From an uncultured archaeon (GTDB taxonomy: Archaea > Asgardarchaeota > Heimdallarchaeia > Heimdallarchaeales > Heimdallarchaeaceae): DNA of 30,924 nt. The translations under genes and the position numbers were made by a program. Every line of letters starts with the position of its first letter. Position 1 is the stretch's first letter. A model generated the notes under the pieces. That model was not told the origin of the DNA. It did not search any database and worked only from the letters and a program-made list of their open reading frames with translations. Below, in pieces: positions 6,494-15,772 of the stretch. The stretch lies in assembly GCA_964549075.1 (NCBI GenBank), contig CAZJUB010000029.1:1-30924 (forward strand), in the 5' to 3' direction.

Positions 6494-8305
6494 TTGATGA
6501 CTAAGAAAGCATCTGTTCTGAGCAATTTAGGATTCTTTGAACAAGCAAAATCACTAGCACACCATACTATCAATCTTTTCGGAGAAACTACTCTTTCATT
6601 AGATGAAAAGTACCATCTGTTTATCATAGTAATAGAAGCTTTATGGCAACTAGGTGAATTTGAAGAAAGCTTGTTAATGATTGAAAGAATCGAAAATAAA
6701 ATCAAAAATGATGAAAAAAATGTTCCTCTTGCACTACTTAACAAAGTTAATGCTTATCTCTCTTTGAATAAAAGCTCAATTTATAGTTTTACTGATTTAC
6801 TTAAATCAGAAGAATATATTGAACGTACTTTAGAGTTTTCAGAAGAAATTGATGATGAAATTTTAAATGCTCAGAGTTTATATCGCAAAGGAAAAATACT
6901 GACTTATCAAGGAAAATTAATCCAGGCAGTATCAATATTGGAAAAAAGTCTTGCTATTGGGAGAAAACTTAACAATTATTTGATTATGGCTGATGCTTTG
7001 GTTGCAATAGGAGAGATACATCGTTTGAGAGGAGATTTTGGTAAAGCTCTCCAATTTTACAATACTGCACTCATATTACATCAAGAAATAGGGAATACAT
7101 ATGGTATGGCTATAATTTACAATAATGTTGGAATTGTATATTACAGTAAAGGAGATTTCGATAACTCCTTTGAATATTTTACTAAAAGTTTACGTAGAGC
7201 ACTAGAGATAAATTTTAGATTTACCGTTGTGGAATCTTTATTCTATCTGATAAATATTCTAGTAAGCAAAGATCAGCTATTTGAAGCTAAAGAACATCTC
7301 CAAATCGCAAAAGATACTGCTTTAGATCAGAAAGATACGATGATCTACTATTATTCCCTTCTCTCAGAGGTCGTACTTCTTAGAAACGAAAATAGATTTT
7401 CTAGTTTAGGTAGAGCATATGATATCCTTCAAGAGATCATCAGTAAGAATCTAGTTTATCAAGAAATAACCATACATGCAATGCTCAATCTATGTGAAAT
7501 ATTACTCAATGAATTGAAATATTCAGGAAAGGAAGAGATACTTGAAGATTTGGATGATCTCACAGATAAACTACTAGAAATAGCAGAACAGCAATTTTCC
7601 CATTCCTTATTAGCAGAAGTATATTGGTTAAAAGGAAGGCTTGCTTTAGTAAATGCAGATTTAGATAAAGCTCGCGGATTTCTCTCAACTGCTCAATCCA
7701 TTGCAGAAGTCCAGAATTTAGAGAATTTGGCTAGAAAAATTTCAAATGATCACGATAACTTATTGTCTCAGCTGAATATGTGGAAGAATCTTATCGATGA
7801 AGATGTAAGTCTTGCTGATAGAATTCAAGAATCAAAAATTGATAAATTAGTAGCAAGTATGATAAATCGTGCAACTTTCGATATACAAGAAATAGAGAAC
7901 GATACCCCAGTTATGTTAATTCTTCTAAATGAAGGAGGTGTACCATTATTTTCCTTACAGTTTGGAACAGGAAAAACAGTTAATCAAATTTTACTCTCTG
8001 GATTCTTATCAGCAATCAATAATATTGTTCAAGAAGTATTCGAAACCAAAGGATCTATAAGAAGAATAGAACATCAAAATTATCTTTTAATATTTCAGAA
8101 TATTGAAAATATTATTGTATGTTATGCTTTCAAAGGTTCAAGTTATTCTGCAAGGAAGAAATTGAATTATTTCATAAAACAGATTGAAACATCATCTTTC
8201 AAGGAAGAGTTTATGTTTTCTTCATCAACAGGAAAAGTTCTTGATAATGAGAAAAATGAAATTTTAGAAAAATGGGCAACAGAAATTTTTGAAATGAAGG
8301 CTTAG
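6494..8305 (+). CDS. TPR-repeat protein with C-terminal longin-like domain (Asgard-type); true start possibly upstream (frame open from 6344)
   Basis: TPR units (ALVAIGEIHRLRGDFGKALQFYNTAL, IYNNVGIVYYSKGDFDNSFEYFTKSL); C-terminal ILLNEGGVPLFS...LLSGFLSAI longin-like pattern. Confidence 0.82.
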   Translation: MMTKKASVLSNLGFFEQAKSLAHHTINLFGETTLSLDEKYHLFIIVIEALWQLGEFEESLLMIERIENKIKNDEKNVPLALLNKVNAYLSLNKSSIYSFTDLLKSEEYIERTLEFSEEIDDEILNAQSLYRKGKILTYQGKLIQAVSILEKSLAIGRKLNNYLIMADALVAIGEIHRLRGDFGKALQFYNTALILHQEIGNTYGMAIIYNNVGIVYYSKGDFDNSFEYFTKSLRRALEINFRFTVVESLFYLINILVSKDQLFEAKEHLQIAKDTALDQKDTMIYYYSLLSEVVLLRNENRFSSLGRAYDILQEIISKNLVYQEITIHAMLNLCEILLNELKYSGKEEILEDLDDLTDKLLEIAEQQFSHSLLAEVYWLKGRLALVNADLDKARGFLSTAQSIAEVQNLENLARKISNDHDNLLSQLNMWKNLIDEDVSLADRIQESKIDKLVASMINRATFDIQEIENDTPVMLILLNEGGVPLFSLQFGTGKTVNQILLSGFLSAINNIVQEVFETKGSIRRIEHQNYLLIFQNIENIIVCYAFKGSSYSARKKLNYFIKQIETSSFKEEFMFSSSTGKVLDNEKNEILEKWATEIFEMKA

Positions 8306-9339
8306 AAAAAAATATCTTTTATTTTAATACCAAAGCATTTTTCTTCTAGATATTTTTTAAAACCCATTCTTTCATTAATACTTAACATTGGCGTATTTGA
8401 ATCAGCATTCCCAGTAATTATAACTTGAACATCTGGATACTTATCTCTTATAAATAAGAGCATCTCAGCTTTTAACCATTTACCTAGTCCTCTTCCTCGA
8501 TGTTTCAACGTTACTCCAGTTAACTCTTGCTCAACTTGATGAGGTCTTGATTCATGGTAGAAAATTTCGGTAAGTCCACTCAAATCTCCTGAAGATTCTC
8601 TGGTAACCATCGTATGCCATTTATATCCTATTGTTTTTCTTCTTTGCTCCTCTTCTCTGATTTTTTTTGGAGTAATAGTTTCAGGTCGCCATTCGAAATC
8701 TCCTATCGGGACTAATTTCATGATGGTTGTATATAATTTTGCGTAATCATAGATTATATCTTCTGGGCATCTATCAAATGAAATCAATTCTATCTTTTCT
8801 TTTTGTGCTCTTTTATGACCAGATTGTTTCCACTTGTTCATCAATTCCCAATTAACATCTTCAAGATATAATCGATTTTGAGCACCAACAATTAAGACCT
8901 TAGCACTAAGCATCTCCCAGAATTGTTTTTCCCTTGCTCTATAAGTGCAAGTTTCGATAGTAGTAATATCCTTATATTCCTCAAGAATTTTTAAAGCATC
9001 TTTTAGTAGGATCTCGGCAAATTTCTGAAATTCATTTATTTCCAGAGACGTAATAAACATGTTTGCTATGGATTTATTTTTCTCATAATCTGAATTATCT
9101 GGTGTTCTGACCAAGATAATATTACAAGCACATATTTTTCTGTCTTTATCATAAATTATTCTTCTTATTAATTTCTCACCGATTTTTTTCGACCTTATCT
9201 GTTTTTGAGAGTATTCTTTAGGAGGTACAGGATCTCTAGGATATAATTCTTTAAACAGAGTATTATGATATTCTGTATAGACATCAAATGATTGGGCATC
9301 AACTTCATCGGGATTGAAGTCTTCTATTATTAAATCCAT
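8302..9339 (-). CDS. GNAT-family N-acetyltransferase (tandem GNAT)
   Basis: Acetyl-CoA motif TGVTLKHRGRGLGKWLK and TGNADSNTPMLSINERMGF; ATG at 9339 preferred over TTG at 9357. Confidence 0.88.
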   Translation of the reverse strand: MDLIIEDFNPDEVDAQSFDVYTEYHNTLFKELYPRDPVPPKEYSQKQIRSKKIGEKLIRRIIYDKDRKICACNIILVRTPDNSDYEKNKSIANMFITSLEINEFQKFAEILLKDALKILEEYKDITTIETCTYRAREKQFWEMLSAKVLIVGAQNRLYLEDVNWELMNKWKQSGHKRAQKEKIELISFDRCPEDIIYDYAKLYTTIMKLVPIGDFEWRPETITPKKIREEEQRRKTIGYKWHTMVTRESSGDLSGLTEIFYHESRPHQVEQELTGVTLKHRGRGLGKWLKAEMLLFIRDKYPDVQVIITGNADSNTPMLSINERMGFKKYLEEKCFGIKIKDIFF

Positions 9340-9392
9340 AGGGGTAGAAAAATTCAAAACTATTAAATGTTTCAGCTTTACACTAGAGTATT

Positions 9393-9441
9393 AAAAAAGA
9401 AAGAAAAAAAATTAATAGAGAGTAATTATATCCTCTCTATT
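9393..9441 (-). terminator. Hairpin plus T-tract terminator after the DUF1624 gene
   Basis: AATAGAGAG(9414-22)/CTCTCTATT(9433-41) 9-bp stem with 10-nt loop, followed on the minus strand by TTTTTTTTCTTTCTTTTTT. Confidence 0.6.
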
Positions 9442-10853
9442 CACTTTTTAGCTTTGACCATGACATCTACAAACATTACTGGCTCTACATCATAGACTAT
9501 ACCGCGTGTACGAATAGGATCTAGATGATTTATTTTTCTTCTACCAACAATGAGGTTGATGTAAGCAAATAACCATTCCCAAGTCCCAATAAATCTGAGT
9601 TTATCCCAAATTCTGATTACAATATCTGCTGCAATAAAGAAAACAATTGATAATAGAGCTGCATTCAAGAATGGCATTTGATATCTAGTCACATATTCCC
9701 AGCTGAATCCTCCAGCAGCTGCTACGATGTTTAGAACTTTCTCTGGAATAAAAATGAGTACCTGCGACATATAAACAGTTAAAGCTACTATTCCCCATCT
9801 TCGGACAAATCTGGATCTTCTCAACCACTTATCCACTTTTAATTTCGAATTAAATTCAACTTTATGAATTAGGAATAGTAAAGCTGCTAATTCCAATCCT
9901 GTATTTGCTAACATAAACCAAGTAGGATGAACATGTTGAAAAACAAGTACTCCACTATTGTTTGGTCCAGTACTGAATAAACTCACAGTAAATAATTTGG
10001 AATCCACAAATACAAACCAAATACCACCTAATAGGAATAATCCTAAAGATGTCCAATATCCTACTTTTAGGAATTTCTTAGATGGGTTGTCTTGTGCTAA
10101 CCACATTCCAATTATTATTCCTATTATTGCAGAAGCGAGCATCGGAAAAATTGGAGCCTCTCTACCTCCAAAGAAAATCAACCAATAACGCGCAAATGGG
10201 TGAGGAATTGGTTGAAGGTATGGCGGTCCAGCATCTGTTCGAAAATCAACTAATACACCTGGTTGGTATTCAATGCCTATAGCTTGATTAATCCCTTGTT
10301 GAACAAAAGGTGCAACGAAGATAATAATTAGAGCTAAAACACTGAAAATTATCGAATTTCGTAATAATTTCTTCATTCCACCTTTTCTACTTATGAAATA
10401 GAAAATAATACTTGCAATAATAATACTGAAAGCTATATCTTGTAAAGCTTCTACAAAGAAAACAAAATCTGTAGCAATCTGCCAATTCCATGTTCCATGA
10501 GTTCTATGCCATGTGTCAATAATTCCAAAGGTATTGAAAATAGCATTATACAATGTTCCAATACCCCACAGCACAAAACCAGCAAAGATGTTTTTGAGCA
10601 TTATACTGAGCCTATTATTGCCTTCTTTGAGTCTTTTTGCCATTACATAAGTGTGTACAGCAGCTGAAATCATGATAAAGAAACCACGCCAGTGACCAAA
10701 GATAAAGAAGAGAAAAGCAAAAGGTAATTGCCAAGTTAAACTTCCCAAATCTCCGGTACCAAAAAAGTCCCAACTATTGAAAAAACCGTGAAACAAAGTC
10801 ATTCCCATGACTGCAAGTCCACGAGCGAAGTCAAGTGAAGTTATTCTTTTCAT
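9441..10853 (-). CDS. DUF1624 / HGSNAT-N-like polytopic membrane (acyl)transferase
   Basis: N-terminal RITSLDFARGLAVMGMTLFH motif; many TM helices; PIFP and RWG..LTVY shared with the neighbour. Confidence 0.72.
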   Translation of the reverse strand: MKRITSLDFARGLAVMGMTLFHGFFNSWDFFGTGDLGSLTWQLPFAFLFFIFGHWRGFFIMISAAVHTYVMAKRLKEGNNRLSIMLKNIFAGFVLWGIGTLYNAIFNTFGIIDTWHRTHGTWNWQIATDFVFFVEALQDIAFSIIIASIIFYFISRKGGMKKLLRNSIIFSVLALIIIFVAPFVQQGINQAIGIEYQPGVLVDFRTDAGPPYLQPIPHPFARYWLIFFGGREAPIFPMLASAIIGIIIGMWLAQDNPSKKFLKVGYWTSLGLFLLGGIWFVFVDSKLFTVSLFSTGPNNSGVLVFQHVHPTWFMLANTGLELAALLFLIHKVEFNSKLKVDKWLRRSRFVRRWGIVALTVYMSQVLIFIPEKVLNIVAAAGGFSWEYVTRYQMPFLNAALLSIVFFIAADIVIRIWDKLRFIGTWEWLFAYINLIVGRRKINHLDPIRTRGIVYDVEPVMFVDVMVKAKK

Positions 10854-10906
10854 AACAATCAAAAAAAATGAACTAATTAAAAAGATTTTGGAGAAAAATT
10901 ATTTAT

Positions 10907-12370
10907 TTAATCCTCTAATCCTGATGAGGTTTCTTTGTAACTAATCCAGATAACTTCCTCTTTCTTGATACCACTATCTAATTTGTTAGATTTCACTTTA
11001 GAAAATAGACCTTGAATGTTAACAAAGATCCACTCCATAGAACCTTTCATCTTAACTTGAATAAGAATCTGAACAACTAATTCATAATACATCAGAACAT
11101 AGATGACAATGAAAATAATAACCCAAAACAGTTCTTTGGGAATTACATAATGTTCCATGAGATTTATCCCTGTTGTAGGTTCAGAAATAAGGGTTAAAAT
11201 ATACCTTGGAAGAAGTTCAAGAATGTGTAGAGAGTAGATTGTTAGAGAAAAAGTGCCCCATCTTCTAAAGAATTTCCAAACAAAACCATTCGCAAATTTT
11301 TCACCTTTACCCTTAAATTCAACTTGACTTAAGATGATCATTAATAGAATTATTTGACCACCTAACCTGACCATGTAATAACCTACTGCAGGCGGATTTT
11401 CTATGGTAGTGAATTTGAAAATGTGGTAGCTTGTAGAAAGTTCAGGTTTAATAAAACCTAGAATTACAAAGGTACCACCTATTAGAATCATACTTATTCC
11501 TGTAATGATGAAATTCCAAAGAATCTTTTTCCTCGGTTTAGGATCAGCTAAAAACACACCAATCAAAGATCCCATAAATGCTGAAGCTAAAAATGGTAAC
11601 ATAGGAAATTTCGGTCCACACAATATTGTAAGTAACCATACCCCAAATGATTTGTGACCACCTAAAGAATTAATATCTGGCCAATTAGGAATCAGTGACT
11701 TTGCTACTAAATCATTGATAAATGGAGTGGCAAAAAAAACAATTCCAGTCATTACACCAATAATCATTGTATTTCTTTTTGTCTTTTTGTATCCATCGTT
11801 TTTTAGGAGAAGGAAGAGAATAACGCCGTTGATTATTATTGCTATTCCTATAATTTGAAGAGTTTGAATATAGAAATTTTCTGCAACAAAAGGTCTAAAA
11901 CTCGAGAAAGATTCGACAAAATTTCCAGTTATAGCCCAGTTTCTAAAAGATGTTCCAAAGTACCCCCAATAACCAAGTCCCTCAACCAAATAACCTAATA
12001 CAACAATAAAAGTCCCACCAACTATATTTTTCTGCAAAAGTTTCTTTGGATTTACTCCCATTCTTACTTTACGAGCAAATACTAAAGAATTAACTGTTGC
12101 TGAAATAAAAAGAAAGAAACCATGCCAGGTTCCCAAATATCCTAGAATAATAACCAGAATCCAAGTAAATACTCCAAAATCTAAATTCCCTGAATTTATT
12201 GAATCCATTAACCAAGAAGCATCAAATAATTTGTAACTTACATGAACAAGGATCATACCAAAAATTGCTATACCTCTCAGAATATCTAATGTAACTAACC
12301 TTTGTGGAATCTCTTTTTTCAAATCACTAGGTATATCTTCTCGTAGATTCAATTGGATCCCTTTAGGCAT
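10907..12370 (-). CDS. DUF1624 / HGSNAT-N-like polytopic membrane (acyl)transferase, paralog
   Basis: RLVTLDILRGIAIFGMILVH motif; GTWHGFFLFISA vs GHWRGFFIMISA in the neighbour. Confidence 0.72.
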   Translation of the reverse strand: MPKGIQLNLREDIPSDLKKEIPQRLVTLDILRGIAIFGMILVHVSYKLFDASWLMDSINSGNLDFGVFTWILVIILGYLGTWHGFFLFISATVNSLVFARKVRMGVNPKKLLQKNIVGGTFIVVLGYLVEGLGYWGYFGTSFRNWAITGNFVESFSSFRPFVAENFYIQTLQIIGIAIIINGVILFLLLKNDGYKKTKRNTMIIGVMTGIVFFATPFINDLVAKSLIPNWPDINSLGGHKSFGVWLLTILCGPKFPMLPFLASAFMGSLIGVFLADPKPRKKILWNFIITGISMILIGGTFVILGFIKPELSTSYHIFKFTTIENPPAVGYYMVRLGGQIILLMIILSQVEFKGKGEKFANGFVWKFFRRWGTFSLTIYSLHILELLPRYILTLISEPTTGINLMEHYVIPKELFWVIIFIVIYVLMYYELVVQILIQVKMKGSMEWIFVNIQGLFSKVKSNKLDSGIKKEEVIWISYKETSSGLED

Positions 12371-12433
12371 GATTCTTATTTTTGAGACTTATATAAAACT
12401 TATCAGAAGCAAAGGTAAAGATTATACTCTTTC

Positions 12434-14233
12434 TTAATCAGCTATTGTATCAGGTTGCTTAATAGATAAATCTGCTTCTTCAGTAGTTGGTATTTTTTGA
12501 TCCAGTACATCAAAATCTGTATCTGCTATATAATCACTTTCCAAATTAAAAGGTAAATAATCAACATCTCCAAAATTATTCAAAAGAGCATAATTTCTAA
12601 ATTCAGGTATAAAAATCGAGTATGGATCAAAGTATTGAGGTGATACTAATCTTCTCATATCATACGAAGCTTCTTCATTGTTTAAAGCCATACAGAGGTT
12701 GGTGAGATAAATCTCTATTTCTGAGTTAAATTTCTGTGTAAATGCTAAATAGTATTGTTCATGAACCTCCTTCACTCTATTAGAGAATTCCTCTATCGAT
12801 ATCTCCTTTTGAATAACCAAAATTAGATTTCCTAACAAAGTAAAAGCAAATGCATCTCTAGGAGCATATTTGGAGTAATCAGATAACCTAATCAATTTAT
12901 GAGCAAGTCTTTCAAGTTCATCGTATCTTTCTTCACGAGTAGCTAGAGTAGTTTCATAGATCGCTAATAATCCATTGAGTTTAGGATATCGTTTCATTCC
13001 ATCTTCTGAGAAGAAATATTGATACTCTTTCAAAATTTTCTCCATATGAGTATAATTCTGCATCTTTAAGGCCATAATCCCTCCAAAATAGATGAATTCT
13101 TCCAACATACCACCTATTCCATCAGCCATCTGGCTATTAATGAAATCTGGACTGTCCATAAGATGTGTGTATTTATCCATATACTCATACAATTTTGGCA
13201 TAACTTCATTTTCGATTGGATGAAAATATTTCATATCATCTTTAATGATAATATTATAAGCTGCTTTTAAACCAATTATGAAGGCTTTTGTAACCTCTAA
13301 TTCATAGATTGTTTCACTTACATCATTATCTGTAAGAGGATTGTCATTTAAATTGAAGTATCCTTGATTTACATGTTCTTTTAAATCTGCAACATAGTTT
13401 TCTCCTTTCTTCAACAGATTTTCCATAGAATTAAGGAACCCTTCTGGATTAGTAATATCTATCACTTCATTATTAGAGCTGATTTTTAAAGAATCATTGT
13501 AGAGATATCTCTGCAAATCCATCAAAAAGGTAATAATATAATCAATCGCTGCAAAAGTAGCATAATACATCGAATAATTACGTTCTTTAGGTATTTTTTT
13601 TGCTAGCTCTATATTTTTTTTCACATTCCAGAATTTATCCATATAATTAATGTACTGGATACTTGCCTTCAGTCCTTCAGTCATCCAATGTTCTAAATCA
13701 TGTTTGTATATCTGTGTTAAAGATTCACATAAGCTAAAGAAGAATAAGTATGCTGAGCTTAAATAATTGAGTATTAATTTCCTCCTTCTGTGAAATTGGT
13801 GATGATCCCAATCAACATATAGATCTTTGACATCCAAAGTAGATATCCCAATAAGAACATTAGCTAATGCATGAGCAGAACCTGCGACTTGCAATTCACC
13901 AGCTTGTCCATATTGTAATGCGTACATAGATGCATATCTCAATCTGAAAAGTTCAAGTTCATACCATTGAATAGGTAATTTATCTTGAGGTAAGTTAGTG
14001 AGAATCAGAGTTATTTTTTCCAGAACAGATTCAAAGAAGAAGGAAGCTTTTTCAGAATCAGTTAATAAATCATCAGGAATCTCACTTAAGATGTGTTTCA
14101 GCTCATCAACTCTCTGAGATACAAGTATTCTAACTCTAGTTTCTGAGTAATTGCTCCAATTAATATTATTTACAATATCGTTTATATTGTCAAATAACTC
14201 CAAAATTTCTTTAAATATCTTATCTTCAGACAT
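12434..14233 (-). CDS. Hypothetical soluble, predicted alpha-helical protein (~600 aa)
   Basis: Long ORF; ATG 14233 preceded by SD-like AGGGGGT; acidic C-terminal tail; no motif recognised. Confidence 0.75.
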   Translation of the reverse strand: MSEDKIFKEILELFDNINDIVNNINWSNYSETRVRILVSQRVDELKHILSEIPDDLLTDSEKASFFFESVLEKITLILTNLPQDKLPIQWYELELFRLRYASMYALQYGQAGELQVAGSAHALANVLIGISTLDVKDLYVDWDHHQFHRRRKLILNYLSSAYLFFFSLCESLTQIYKHDLEHWMTEGLKASIQYINYMDKFWNVKKNIELAKKIPKERNYSMYYATFAAIDYIITFLMDLQRYLYNDSLKISSNNEVIDITNPEGFLNSMENLLKKGENYVADLKEHVNQGYFNLNDNPLTDNDVSETIYELEVTKAFIIGLKAAYNIIIKDDMKYFHPIENEVMPKLYEYMDKYTHLMDSPDFINSQMADGIGGMLEEFIYFGGIMALKMQNYTHMEKILKEYQYFFSEDGMKRYPKLNGLLAIYETTLATREERYDELERLAHKLIRLSDYSKYAPRDAFAFTLLGNLILVIQKEISIEEFSNRVKEVHEQYYLAFTQKFNSEIEIYLTNLCMALNNEEASYDMRRLVSPQYFDPYSIFIPEFRNYALLNNFGDVDYLPFNLESDYIADTDFDVLDQKIPTTEEADLSIKQPDTIAD

Positions 14234-14374
14234 TTTTACCCCCCTACTTAATAGTAGAGGAACCACTGTTCTCTTCTAAGTCAGATTCTCATTTCAGCAC
14301 ACTGACAATATATAGAAAAAGTAGTTTATTTTTAAACTTCTCCTTGAGGTAAAATGAAAAAGTAGTGAAAATAG

Positions 14375-15214
14375 CTAATTATACTCTTCAAACTCAAAAT
14401 TACATGCTTTATTTACTATTTTCCAGTTATCGTTCACTTTTAAAAGAGTAAGAAAATCAGTCGTATGACCTATTCCCTTTGCTGTTAAAGCTTTCCAATA
14501 CATAACAGCAATAGCAGCAGTACCTCTCTGGTCTATATGCATAATCTCAGTTTCGAATTTCGTTCCTTTTGCTTTATGTTCATCTAGAATTTCTTTCCAA
14601 ACAGCATAAGGTCTAAATTGATTTCTTAATTCTTCAGTTTTCAAATCTACCGAATTCAATCGCATATCTGGATGAAAAGATTGTTTTATACACTCAATAT
14701 CCCAGTTATAAAAAGCATTAGCATAGTTTTCTAGAAGTTCTCTTATATTTTCTACTTCGTTCTGATCATTATAAGGTATTTGAGTGTCATTTATCACTCT
14801 ATCCAATAATTCTTCTGAAGTTAGAGAGATTGTATGTCCAGATTTGTTGATAATTTTCCAAATCTCACCAAATTTCATGAGTGTCAAATAATCTGTAGTA
14901 TCTCTTGGATCATCTGAATCATCCACTAAGAATCTAACTCTAGAATAAGCAACGGTACCAGTTTGGTAAATACTTTCAATATTTACATAATAATTGACTT
15001 CAGGATGTAATTTTTGATTCTCTAGAAAATCAATTACCCATCTATAGCACAGACCTTTGTAGAAATTATCTTGTTCAGGTATATACCAGTAAACCATTGA
15101 CTCGTAGTGGAAAGCCCTTGTTAATTTTTCAATACTCCATTCATTAAATGCTTCATCATATAGTTGGATCGTTTTCTCTATCTCTTCTATCTCAACATTT
15201 TCTCCATTAAACAT
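14375..15214 (-). CDS. Tandem NTF2/SnoaL-like (Lumazine_bd_2-type) double-domain protein
   Basis: Two repeats: Y..AF..W..E....FH ... TDYLTLMKFGEIWKIINK / TDFLTLLKVNDNWKIVNK; SD GGTGGT. Confidence 0.8.
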   Translation of the reverse strand: MFNGENVEIEEIEKTIQLYDEAFNEWSIEKLTRAFHYESMVYWYIPEQDNFYKGLCYRWVIDFLENQKLHPEVNYYVNIESIYQTGTVAYSRVRFLVDDSDDPRDTTDYLTLMKFGEIWKIINKSGHTISLTSEELLDRVINDTQIPYNDQNEVENIRELLENYANAFYNWDIECIKQSFHPDMRLNSVDLKTEELRNQFRPYAVWKEILDEHKAKGTKFETEIMHIDQRGTAAIAVMYWKALTAKGIGHTTDFLTLLKVNDNWKIVNKACNFEFEEYN

Positions 15215-15223
15215 TTTACCACC

Positions 15224-15613
15224 TTAGTTTTTTAATTTCTTAACATCCGTTATTTTAGCAACTATCTTCCACTGATTATTCATTCTTAGAAGAGAAAGAA
15301 AATCTGTAAATATTGTTTTCTTATCTTCTTTCTCTTGATACCATTGAAGTAAGACTGTTGCAGCTTTTCCAACCCTATTGATTTCTTTAATCTCTGCTTG
15401 TTGACTTATTTTTCCTTGTGGTTTTTCTTTAGGTCTTGATTGAACCAAAGTAAGTTTCTCAAGACTACCATTCGTTTTATCAAAGTGTATTTTTACTCCT
15501 TCAGGATGCCAGGATTTTTCAGCTTTTTCGAAGTTAAATTCGATAACACCATCAATATAATCTTGTACTATTTCTTCGATATTATCTAATTCCTTTCTAT
15601 AGTTTTCTTCCAT
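15224..15613 (-). CDS. NTF2/SnoaL-like (Lumazine_bd_2-type) single-domain protein
   Basis: YIDG...WHPE...FTDFLSLLRMNNQWKIVAK; SD GAGGAG. Confidence 0.8.
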   Translation of the reverse strand: MEENYRKELDNIEEIVQDYIDGVIEFNFEKAEKSWHPEGVKIHFDKTNGSLEKLTLVQSRPKEKPQGKISQQAEIKEINRVGKAATVLLQWYQEKEDKKTIFTDFLSLLRMNNQWKIVAKITDVKKLKN

Positions 15614-15772
15614 TCTTATCTCCTCAATAACACTAATATTAAGCTAGACAAAAGTCAATTCATTTGTAGGAAAACAACTTTCTCTGTACGTGTGTGCGAC
15701 TTCATGCACTTATAACTTTTATTGACATCTCTGAAAGATAAAATTCTTATTTGTTTATTGTAACATTCAACC

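Noticed and set aside
5231-6744. Minus-strand ORFs 5231-5485, 5549-5884, 6135-6323, 6415-6744
   Set aside because: Antisense shadows of the TROVE and TPR genes.
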